64,000 nucleotides of DNA from Asterionella formosa. Lineage: Eukaryota. Position numbers and translations under genes: made by a program. The stretch is taken from the NCBI GenBank assembly GCA_002256025.1, contig NKIB01012208.1:1-64000 (forward strand), in the 5' to 3' direction. The notes beneath the pieces were generated by a model. The model had not been told where the DNA came from and did no database searches. It was given only the letters and a program-made list of their open reading frames with translations. Position 1 is the stretch's first letter. Each line of letters opens with the position of its first letter. This document shows, piece by piece, positions 10,501 through 19,626 of this stretch.

Positions 10501-13500
10501 TGTCAATCCCCGTCAGCGAGTTCAGCAAAGTCAATGGAAGACCCGTCAAAACTTCAGTATTCTCGATCAAGTGGTTCCACTTCACCTCAACGGTCTTCTT
10601 ACTTCCCTAGCACCGAAATATCTTCACTCCAATCCACAACAACTAGCGTACCATTGAACCGAAGCAACGAAGATTCTAACCCAGTTGATCTGCGATCGAG
10701 ATCATCTAGTCCCTCTATTTATGGCAGTTGGAAACAAGGAAATAATCTGTGTAAAGCAGGAAATAGCCCATCTCGAAGAAATGTTGTTACCGACGATGTT
10801 GCCTCCATTATGGCAAAATTTGGAGCTGGGCCAACCACAAGCAGTGAAAATCTTGATTTACCTTCTCCATCAGGAACTAATGTGAGGTCTTCTCGTACGG
10901 AAACCTTGAAGCGCCTGTCATCAAGTTCTGTGGCCAGGCACCGTCTGAACCGTGGTGCACACAGTCTTCAAGTCGTTTCTGATCGTCCGACGAAAGAAAC
11001 TACTTCACCGGCCTTAAAAATAGCAACTCCGCCATCCCCACGTAGAGGCCGTCTTTCACAGCACCCTGCATGTAGAGCTAAAAATCCAACTCCATCTATC
11101 GATACACATTTCAAGCTAATGCTCCCAGCTTTCAGAACAAAGACGCCAGACAAGGTAAACGAAATCAACAAAGCGGAATCAGAAGACTCATTAGCCCGCA
11201 TACCTTTGAAGTGCGATAACAAAGCATCAATTGCTCTTGGCCACCCAACAGAAAGCAACAAAACGAAAGAAACTGCATTTGAAAAAAGTTTGCCGCATAC
11301 TTCAAGTGAGAAAAAGAAAAGAAAAGATGGTTATGTTTTTGCTGAAAACGTATCTGAAAGTGACAGTGAGAATTCTGATGAGCACAATCGTGAAAATAAT
11401 GACAATGGTGCCTTTCCAACAAGTTCAAATCCTCAATTTTTGCCTAATCCTTCAAAACCGAATGTTTGCATTATATTGCCTAATCCTTCAAAAACTGCTA
11501 CCAGAAATAAGGATTATATCAGTAACGCCTTACAGACGCAAAAACGCATTTCCCTAAGTATTGTAGATGAAGAAGACTATCTCTCATCCGTTACAGCCCC
11601 ATCATCATCTAACAGTGGTGACGGCACAGGCACCTTGCCTAGCCACCTCTTCCACAGCGAGTCAGAAAAATCCATTTCTCCATCCCGGGTCACAACCAAA
11701 AACGTTGGCCCCGCAATTGTCACAGCAAATTTACTGGGAGACTTCGAAAGCTACTCCGATGACAGTCATGTGTCAGGAAAGAATGATTTCAACAAGTCAG
11801 ACACAACCAGCGCTTCCAGCGAGTTGGCCAATTCTTTGTTGGAAAACAAGTCCACTTTTGAACCTTCGACTTTGTTGGGTCAGGATTTCGAAAATAATTG
11901 CTCAAATGATGACAATACCCTTTCGGATCAAATTACTGACATTCAATATACGCTTATCGGTGAATTCCACATCAAATCTTCAGGTTCGTTGGAAGAACAG
12001 GAAGAAAGACCCAAGGAGGTAATCAGGGCACCAAAATCATTATTAGAAGGCTCAGACGAACAGCGACAATCCCCTGAAAAATCCCTAGTGTCTGCAACCA
12101 CTGCCCTTCAATGGTGGCAAAACACCTACGCTTGGACACAGATAGAAGAGATCAATGCAGCTGTCCAAAAAGCTCTGATGTCATCATCGTCAAAAGTTGT
12201 CACTGCAGAACTTCAAGACCCGAAACTCCATGACGACACCCCAAAAAAATCATCCAGAAGCTTGTCACGTGTTAGGAACACTAGTGATGAGGATGATGAC
12301 ATTTTCGGTGGTATTGACGAAGAAGCTTTAGAAGCTCCCATATTGTTCCGTAGCGATCATGGGGCAACGTTGCAGGACTCAAAGTCATCCAGATGTAAAC
12401 CAGTTGCGAAATCTAATAAAAATCTAGATGATCAGACCGAGACTGGGAGTAGAGGATCGTCATTCAAATCGAATAACTCTTTTGGTGAAGATGTTTTTTC
12501 TGGTGTTTCCGCCTCTGTTGATTCAAGCAACATTTTGAACAAGCTTGAATATGGAAAGCAATATTTTGCTTCAAGATTGCAGAAAGCACCACCACCACCT
12601 CCTCCAGGAAGTCACTTTGGGACCGTACTAGACGGTTCAGCAATGCTGGAGACTGTTCATTCTGACATTACTTCTTCGGTGCTCGCCGGAGAGACTTCAA
12701 ACATTCGAGACTCTATGCGTTTTGATGGGGGAACCATTGTAGAAGAGGCGTCGAATCAAACTGATGAAAGTGCAACTGCTGCTGAAAAATCTGATCCACA
12801 AAATCAAGTGAATCAAAAGCGCATAACGCGTAAACAAAAGTCTCTCCTTGTTGCAAGTAGTGATGACTGCACGTATTCTACAATGCATTCCAAGCCCATG
12901 CTTGATACAAATTTACTCAAGAAAGGACCATCAAAGGCTATCAGCGTCGAAAATGACAAAGAACCAATCAATGACAAAAGATTATGTGAAAAGTATTCAG
13001 AGGGTCCATTTTTCCGCTTCGGATCAACATTTGTTGACAATTTCGTTGTTGGTATCTGTGCCCCTATTGGCAATGGACATGGTCTTGACGACGACGCTGA
13101 TGACCTACGGATGTCAGATACACAATCAATTGCAAGTAATACCGCTGATGTCAGTATTGCTGTGTCCGACTTGAGCGAAAAGGAGAAGAATGTCTGGAAT
13201 GCCTGGGACCGTCGCGATCACAATTCAAATAAGCAACCAATTGAGCAGCCACCAGCTGAACCAAAACCGCGAAATGGTGGCCAAACTCACAACACTCTTA
13301 AATCTATTGTTGGATCTAAACGTACTATGCCTCAAGATTCCCCCCGGAAGTCCACCAAATATGACTTATCTGGGCTTGGCTCACCAACGACTACAGAGAG
13401 TAGTGTTTCTGGGTCTGGGACAAGCGCCCAAGTGTCATCCTCTGACATGTCTTCAAAAATGATGATTTTCGAGGATTCTACAGATGACACGTGCAGAAGC

Positions 13501-14190
13501 TGTGATGGGCGAGCTACTCCCCATTCAAGAGCTACAACGGGAACCTCATCAGCTGGTTCATCGGCTCATGTTCGACTCGCCCGTCCAACCACAACAAATG
13601 TTCTTTCTCAAAACCAGCGTCGAATTCTGGAAAAGTTCACCTCGTCTTTAAAGTGGAAAGGAATTGAAGTCCTTAAGTTAAGCCGTGACTTTAGGTGGCA
13701 ATTCCGACACTTGACGGTGTCAAGTGAGACCAGGTTAATTAAATTTGGGCAGAAAGCAAAGAGTGATCACTACTCCGTTCCTCTAGGCATTTTATGGCAG
13801 AAGCGATTCAATCCCAAAGGGAAGGAGTCCAGTGTGCTGTGCATTGACAACCAAGGTCATGGAGGCATGGTTATTGAAGACCTTCGTAGTGTGGCTGCAT
13901 CCATAAAAGCTGACAGCAAGCACCCAATCCCGCGGAAGTTCGCTTATCAGTTTAGTGATTCTGTGTCGGTTGCCATTACCTATAGTCTTGGAAAGTCTAC
14001 ACGATTCTTGATACTACGTTGTCAAACAACAGAGGAAGCGCATTTCATCTGTACTGGATTGCGAGTTTTGATTGATGTCTTGCGACGAGAAAAGGCATAC
14101 AAGTTGGATGCCCACATGACACGAAATGAGGATGATGGGGATTATGATGCTGATGAATCTGCCGATGACACAAGAAGAAGTAAACCATAA
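7534..14190 (+). CDS. Very large Ser/Pro/Thr-rich, largely disordered protein with internal tandem repeats and a C-terminal PH-like globular domain
   Basis: 6.6-kb uninterrupted ORF. Likely start is ACCATG at 7534 (MTGSSVMNRVRMFEQG); the frame is open from 7189. The C-terminal ~170 aa (GIEVLKLSR..WQFRHLTVS...LILRCQTTEEAHFICTGLRVLID) has a PH-like strands-then-helix pattern. Confidence 0.85.
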   Translation: MTGSSVMNRVRMFEQGKSTSTPTPMVPSPSVRFNKSASYEQRRDDAVSSRTAGASPYRADAARSPSPAVPDNASSAEFLFSPKRLRPVVQLKPPESPQRLASVDWPSEDDISPPKNMVHRKSLPPKKAVVVKPLPFDDLAIESVPPKPLPLDKQAIESSVTSKPLPFDKKTIESSVTSKPLPLDKQAIESSVTSKPLPFDKKTIESSVTSKGSQEARSSTLEETQRFDPPVMSSSRQDRPSSQNSTATPIDENVAPATNQQAKEWPEQKKMNHLIQQAEALLKERTSPMASASARRARRDTRQKTTNKTKSMAPNMDSTPSLPPTDTWSDKDLSREDPKDKEQEAPGMVRGRLYNLNTDRSKLPKPSDLMKSQDLSTDDSVLQKSSDKSPVPTTEEKETVPDEFLCNIAMRALNAKMKREENSIQPPHLEQESVKLNEVHHEEYFPPALSCDTLLKRSLEDASVVMQDERASSVGSRSTTSRSSLSEEELSNIAMRALDASRALDGASNRNRLTTLRTSNLRSKVVQQRIRHVTSPSADSLSKSDKLNTDTAVSNKQNMLKKLRAPPQTSPSPLRTKKSHAEHGSSSEVANLTTVTAASPRRSRVAMFKAANQRVGSGGVVRHGMDYILTPSEATNLPPVPKKTATAVQTLQSTKKLSARQFSHGNNCEINNESTTVSMDDCRSAGSSSSLSNSDKILSKNSSDDVLLSFDIADTLSASDSSVDAKSCKSRSTRKNMNSVPNHRTRSSSSPTLAGRSASPLSSIQPSKSREDATKHNTVPIFKPQPQSGNRNPSAGKQPDRSSKCTFEPIVAKTFRPSERIEKTIPSVDPPGVLRSRSASPSANKVPSVFHAASPNRSTNSTTTKIAPVPLAILSSRSASPSGTKIASIPPMVLSSRSASPSGTKTPSIPPMVLSSRSASPSGPKNASVPHAVLPSRSTSPSATKNASVPPVVLPSRSASPSATKNASVGTSKYKRQIASYDITPSRASCQSPSASSAKSMEDPSKLQYSRSSGSTSPQRSSYFPSTEISSLQSTTTSVPLNRSNEDSNPVDLRSRSSSPSIYGSWKQGNNLCKAGNSPSRRNVVTDDVASIMAKFGAGPTTSSENLDLPSPSGTNVRSSRTETLKRLSSSSVARHRLNRGAHSLQVVSDRPTKETTSPALKIATPPSPRRGRLSQHPACRAKNPTPSIDTHFKLMLPAFRTKTPDKVNEINKAESEDSLARIPLKCDNKASIALGHPTESNKTKETAFEKSLPHTSSEKKKRKDGYVFAENVSESDSENSDEHNRENNDNGAFPTSSNPQFLPNPSKPNVCIILPNPSKTATRNKDYISNALQTQKRISLSIVDEEDYLSSVTAPSSSNSGDGTGTLPSHLFHSESEKSISPSRVTTKNVGPAIVTANLLGDFESYSDDSHVSGKNDFNKSDTTSASSELANSLLENKSTFEPSTLLGQDFENNCSNDDNTLSDQITDIQYTLIGEFHIKSSGSLEEQEERPKEVIRAPKSLLEGSDEQRQSPEKSLVSATTALQWWQNTYAWTQIEEINAAVQKALMSSSSKVVTAELQDPKLHDDTPKKSSRSLSRVRNTSDEDDDIFGGIDEEALEAPILFRSDHGATLQDSKSSRCKPVAKSNKNLDDQTETGSRGSSFKSNNSFGEDVFSGVSASVDSSNILNKLEYGKQYFASRLQKAPPPPPPGSHFGTVLDGSAMLETVHSDITSSVLAGETSNIRDSMRFDGGTIVEEASNQTDESATAAEKSDPQNQVNQKRITRKQKSLLVASSDDCTYSTMHSKPMLDTNLLKKGPSKAISVENDKEPINDKRLCEKYSEGPFFRFGSTFVDNFVVGICAPIGNGHGLDDDADDLRMSDTQSIASNTADVSIAVSDLSEKEKNVWNAWDRRDHNSNKQPIEQPPAEPKPRNGGQTHNTLKSIVGSKRTMPQDSPRKSTKYDLSGLGSPTTTESSVSGSGTSAQVSSSDMSSKMMIFEDSTDDTCRSCDGRATPHSRATTGTSSAGSSAHVRLARPTTTNVLSQNQRRILEKFTSSLKWKGIEVLKLSRDFRWQFRHLTVSSETRLIKFGQKAKSDHYSVPLGILWQKRFNPKGKESSVLCIDNQGHGGMVIEDLRSVAASIKADSKHPIPRKFAYQFSDSVSVAITYSLGKSTRFLILRCQTTEEAHFICTGLRVLIDVLRREKAYKLDAHMTRNEDDGDYDADESADDTRRSKP
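7927..8166 (+). repeat. Coding tandem repeat, 48-bp (16-aa) unit, ~5 copies, alternating A/B variants
   Basis: KPLPLDKQAIESSVTS and KPLPFDKKTIESSVTS alternate; the first copy is diverged. Confidence 0.95.
10010..10440 (+). repeat. Coding tandem repeat, 60-bp (20-aa) unit, ~7 copies
   Basis: Lines 10141-10440 align in a 60-nt register; unit PPxVLxSRSASPSxTKxxSx. Confidence 0.95.
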
Positions 14191-14962
14191 TTCCTTGGTG
14201 GTAAATCATATCAAGGCAAGCCACAAAGTGGTGATCACATTGAATGGGCAGGGAAATATTCTATTTGGCAAGTAAAGTACTAGTTTGCACAGGTTTGTTA
14301 TAAAACACTGTTACTAGATAGATTACCGGTAAATTATTTGTGCATCGTCATAACATGTGTCGTCGATGCAACAATGACCTGCTTCCGGTGGTTTCTATGA
14401 AGTACGTATTGTTCAATAGTACATACAGTCAACACATCTGTTGATTCCTTCAGGAGTACCCAGTGTACTGGTACAGGGTACTCCGGTAAATACGTACATA
14501 GCTACACTTGAAAGGAAAACGAACTCCTCCTGCCATTAGACTATCGTTATACCGGTATTCACATGAATACTGAACTTTTATTTTTGAGCGATTCTGATTG
14601 GTGGAAATCAAAATCATGCATTGTTCACCCGATGACGCGACGACGAAGCTTTTTTGGGGGGCAATATTTACATTTATGTTCTGTTCAACCATAGTGGTAG
14701 GACTGTACAGTATTGTACGCATGTATAGCACCCGGTATTACTAGGAATAATTATTTTAAGCACTTTTGATACGTGAAATTCATTACTGGTATATGAAAAT
14801 AACTGCCGTAAAGCAAAACTCCTTACCACCGGTTCTACTATGATATTAGTACAGGGACATGACAAAGGAAACAAGCAAGCCAAGGGCCGAACAATAATCA
14901 AAACTGCACAGCCCAACAACACTACTAAGTACAGAATACAACACAGCTTCTTCACTGCCAAG

Positions 14963-15592
14963 ATGCGACGTTCTCGATGTGACAACAACAGCAACAAGGA
15001 CATGATGGTTTCAGAAACTCCCGAAGTTGTTCGCGCTGGGAAACGACGTCGGACAATTATAGAAGCCTTCCATGGGATGACATTGCGTACTGCAGATTCA
15101 AGTCACTCTGATTGTAACTCAAGTCTTGCTACTGTGGGAAGCATGGAACAACAACATGATGATGAGAACGACGAGTCCTTGTCTCCCGATTGTGACAAGG
15201 AGGAGCAAGTGGAGGACGAGATCATGCAGATGCAGATACAACAGATTCCAAGTGACCAAGAGCAGGCCAATCAGAAAATCGTATACGAACTAGTCATGGG
15301 CAAGCAACATAAGGATGTAGTGACTCTCCGTTTGGAAGAAATGATCCGACAAACTAGACTGCAAGCGAATTCAGTCGTTGCAGCTGCTGCTGCTTCCAAA
15401 GATGATTTTAATCTGGAGTTGCACGCGAGAAGCAAGGAGGATGCAAATGCCATTATTCTGGATGAAAACAACTTTGCCACTACTACTACGAAGAATACTA
15501 AAACGACTACTGCTACGAGGCCGCGATCACATTCTTTACCGCAACATTTGGAGGAAGCAGTGACCCATAGCAACAGTATGCAAATAATATGA
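14963..15592 (+). CDS. Hypothetical acidic/low-complexity protein (~209 aa)
   Basis: ORF 14840-15592 with gene-like composition. Probable start is MRRSRCDNN at 14963; contains a KRRR basic cluster. Confidence 0.6.
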   Translation: MRRSRCDNNSNKDMMVSETPEVVRAGKRRRTIIEAFHGMTLRTADSSHSDCNSSLATVGSMEQQHDDENDESLSPDCDKEEQVEDEIMQMQIQQIPSDQEQANQKIVYELVMGKQHKDVVTLRLEEMIRQTRLQANSVVAAAAASKDDFNLELHARSKEDANAIILDENNFATTTTKNTKTTTATRPRSHSLPQHLEEAVTHSNSMQII

Positions 15593-15989
15593 CATAAATG
15601 TTGGTTCCAGTTTTTTCCATCCAATAATTGGGCTTTACGTTTTTGAGGCCACAAGCAGAGAGGGGATTTCATGTACTTTGTTGATGCAACACTTTTACCC
15701 ATTTCATACTGGCATTATGTAAATTGATTGATTTAATGGACTCGCACTTTTTTCGACATTCAGGACATGCATGATACTACAAGCCGAGGCAACATTTTCA
15801 CGAGAGAAATTGGAGTCGAATGAGTTCAGTTTGCACCATGGTTGAAAGCTGCTTGACAAGCTAGCTACCGTGCACTCTGCACAACATGATTTGAATCTCT
15901 TCCGTAGTATACATACATACAACCTTTTTTCTACTATATAAGAACTATTGTATTATGATGTATTGTATAGCCACATTTGAAGTTTCTTA

Positions 15990-18438
15990 TTATGCCTTGA
16001 CAGAACCCATCGTGTAACTTGATGCGTACTTCTCAATGGCCTCAGCACCAACTCGGTGACAAAAGTCCCCAAAGGCTTCAAACTGACTTTTTTGTTGAAT
16101 AAACATGGCTAGGATTGGTTCAACGGTAGACTCCAGGGCGTCAACGTCCATCTTGGCCTTGAAGGGGTAAGCTGTGCGAGTCAAGACAGGACTGCCTCCA
16201 AGCCACACCTGATAACTCTTGGGACCATCACCAACAAATGCCAACTCAGCCATGTACGGTCGGGCACACCCGTTGGGGCAACCAGTCATTCGCATAAGAA
16301 TTTCCTCGTCACCAATGTTCATCTTGTTCAACAAGGCACGCATTTGTAACAAGTAGTTTGGCATCAAGCGTTCGGCCTCAGTCTGAGCAAGTCCACACAA
16401 TGGAAGAGCAGGACATGCCATGGAGAGACGGTTGAGGGGGTCAACTTCTTCAATGGGCTTGATCCCATGTGCCTTCAAAATTGCTTCAATGTCAGCCTTG
16501 TTGGCAGGGTCGATATCACGAAAGATGATAGATTGAGTAGGACTCAAAATCATATTGAGGTTGTACTTGTCGACCAAGACACGGAGTGCAGTCTTGAGGC
16601 GGAAGTCACCATCATCCTTGACACGACCATTGTCCACATGTTGTCCATAAAACAGCTTGCCATCACCTTGGTCCCACCAACCCATCCAATCATTGTACTT
16701 CCACTCAGCCATGTCTCTCCACGGCGCAATGGGTTTGCCAAAGTATGATTCGACCAGAGTACGAAAGTTGTCAATCCCAAGAGTGTGAACCAAGTACTTC
16801 ATCCGAGCATTGGCACGAACATCACGATTTCCATGATCACGCTGAGCCGCCAAAATGGCCTTCATGCATTCGGTAATATCTTCCTTGGGGACAAATCCCA
16901 TGTGGTCGGCTGCCCGAGCAAACGTATTTTCCTGGTTGTGCGTTCGACCCAGTCCTCCACCAACCATGACATTGAACCCCAACAACTCCCCAGCATCGTC
17001 AGTAATAACGACGCACCCAATGTCATTGGTGTAAATGTCAAGTGAGTTGTCTCCTGGGACAGTCACACCAATCTTGAACTTGCGAGGCAAGTATCGGTCT
17101 CCATAGAGTGGCTCGACACTGTCAGACAAAATAATGCCACGTCCGTTGTCATAGGTCATGGCCTCGTCAACGTTGAAGTGTTCCACTTCCTTGTGCCATG
17201 TTTCAATGGTGGCCGCCTTTTCTCCATCCAACCAAATTTCCGAAAAGGCCGGAGTCATGGGTCTGAACAGTTGGGCAAATAGTTTCGAGTATTCCCTGGC
17301 GTAATTGTACGCCGGAGTGTTGAATGGTGCAGGCGTTGTCATGACATTGCGACTCACGTCTCCACAGGCCCCCACAGTCGAAGAGCCAATGTTCATAATG
17401 GATGAAATGACAGTCTTTAAGTTTCCCTTGAGGATTCCATGCATTTGGAAACATTGACGTGTGGTAGCTCTCAAATCGCCTTGTCCCATGTTGGCAGACA
17501 AGTCGTCCAATAGTCGAAACAGGTCTGGTGGTAATTCCCCTGCTGGTTGCTTCAGGCGCAACATGAATTGATAATCCTTGCCTGGTCCCTTGTATTCTCG
17601 ATTGTTTTGCATGTAGGAACCATGGTATTTGAGAATTTGGTAAGCATCTTTAGAAATGCCAATTTCTTCCGTGGCTAGTTGCTGTAAGTGTGTGTGTGTG
17701 TTTGGAATTGTTGAAGTAAGCAAAGTGTGAGTGAGCCCTTGCAAATGGATAAATATATTGGGAATGATACGAAACGAGATACCGACAAGGTATAGATCGG
17801 GATACGGATACAATTGGTATCCAAAATGAACAAGATTTTGAGAGCATCGATCAGAGTTTACCCCTTGTTGTCCACTGGCTTATAGGACGGGGCCTTTCTA
17901 GTCGTCGGCATTTGTCGATCAGACGGGGAAAGAATAAGATCATCACCTCGATGCAAGGACGAGCAATGGATGGTTCCAACCTGGTACCTAAATAGAGTGG
18001 TTGTGTTGTTCGACCATACGTACAATAATTACGTATGTAGGTTTGCCGTATTATCACGTCGTGGACAGTGCAGTGCCTACGCGGTAGTAAATTACTTAGA
18101 GAAACGGCGTACCGGTAATGGTGAATGCATCTGCTGATGGTTTTGCCGAATCTGACCTCTGCCCACGACCATGATGAACTCCTTTTACGATAGACATGGT
18201 CACGTCCAAGTCAACTCAAGTCCAAGCCACGTACCTCTACAAGTGGATGAATCAAATGGTCCGAATTGACCTTGAGTGTTTCCAATTTGGATATCTTTTT
18301 GGTCTCTTTCGGCATTTCCAACACCATGGACAAGGCGGATGCCCTTGTTGTTCGAGTCAAAGAACTCGGCGAAACCACAAAGGCGGACGCTGTGCTGGCC
18401 CAAAGGGCCATGGCGAGTGTACCAGCAGCAACCTTCAT
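15990..18438 (-). CDS. SIR: Plastid ferredoxin-dependent sulfite reductase; exons 18438-18235 and 17681-15990
   Basis: Signal peptide plus ASAF motif (WASTASAFVV). Motifs KYHGSYMQ, RATTRQCFQMHG, YLPRKFK, and siroheme/4Fe-4S ligands CPALPLC and GCPNGC. GTACGT donor and TTACAG acceptor join HPLVE|QLATEE in frame. Confidence 0.96.
17844..17954 (-). ncRNA. Intronic box C/D snoRNA, snR190/SNORD12-like (predicted guide for LSU rRNA Gm2395, yeast numbering)
   Basis: Minus strand: GCATCGA-G-GTGATGA (box C, 17946-17940) ... TTCTTTCCCCG-T-CTGA (D', 17922-17919) ... CTGA (box D, 17854-17851)-TCGATGC. Perfect 7-bp terminal stem; 11-nt guide complementary to the conserved LSU sequence CGGGGAAAGAA; same strand as the host gene. 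Confidence 0.88.
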
Positions 18439-19626
18439 GGTGGTCAATGTCGTCGGAGACAAAAGCAACAACAACAAAGTGAGGGATTGCTGTGAAGCAA
18501 AATCAGAGGGACAGGACGGAATCAAGTGGCCGTCTGGGCAGCACAAAAGCCAACCAAAATAATATGGGTGACTGTGAGTGAGTGATGGATCCTGGTCGCG
18601 CCCTGGCATTGGACCTCCTTTCGTACGACGCAAGGACCAGGGAATGTGCCAGGCACAAAGAACAGTTGGATATTTCTTGTTCTCAAGTGCGTTGAGTACG
18701 GTACCAGGTACCAGGTACCTTCTACTGAACCAGGGTGTCGACTACGTACCGGTGAAGGTACGTACCAGGTCGAATGCTGTAGTAGAAGATGGTGGTGTCA
18801 ACAACATTCAACATCAGCATTGCTGGATCTTGTTCGCATGCATCGATAGGGCGATAGTTAGGAATGTATATTCCGGTATGAAGACGTTCGTATGTTCGAG
18901 TGTTTGATTTTCCGGGGTTGGGATACATTTGGGTGTAGGATCCTGGTAACAGGTACCCGGGAAGTTATGATACAGGCATGTACTCCTCTTGTATGTGAAA
19001 ATGTACAATGTGTACCGGTACGGTACCTGGTAAGCAATCATGGCTCCTCCTGCTTGTGATTTACCAGCTACTCCTTGTACCAGTACTGCACAGTACCTGG
19101 TACTCACTGGTACTAGCTATAATACCTATGGGTCGGTAATCGTAGCAGCAGCAACAGCCATGATACTGGTACTACGGTAGTCGATGTGCTTGGCGCAGAA
19201 AAAAAACGTCACGACAGCAGACCAGCATCATGATCATGAGCAATATCATGTCAGAACCAACCGGTACCAGGTACGGAATACCCTGTGCCTGGTCCTGGGT
19301 GCATACTCTACCCGCATGCCATCAGACTTGTTCAGGCATGAACAGTCGTACCTGGTACTGTACCATGTACCAGCTAGTCTACCAGGAACAATCTCAGGTA
19401 CGGTAACATACCAAATGTTTTGCTAGCCAGCAGGAATCTAAGCATATGATCTTTTACGAATCATAATATCTTGCAGTACCGGCACCTGGTACATACTGTG
19501 ATTGACTCATCTTCGTTTAACATCAAAATCTCTTGACACAACACTGAAACAGATACTACCTGGTACCACCCAACCATACTTCATACATCTCTTTAGTTCT
19601 TTAGTGTTATTAAGTATATTGTTGTC

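Noticed and set aside
7701..13462. Numerous antisense and alternate-frame ORFs over the large Ser-rich gene and other genes
   Set aside because: These are shadow ORFs produced by codon bias and tandem repeats.
17682..17813. N-terminal extension of the SIR ORF in the ORF track
   Set aside because: It is intron sequence (CA-rich, ending TTACAG); the real N-terminus is exon 18438-18235.
18030..18205. Possible H/ACA snoRNA or riboswitch in the 5' half of the SIR intron (GACCATG/CATGGTC and GTAGG/CCTAC stems)
   Set aside because: No correctly placed H box or recognisable aptamer motif. The stems alone are insufficient, though an Infernal scan would be worthwhile.
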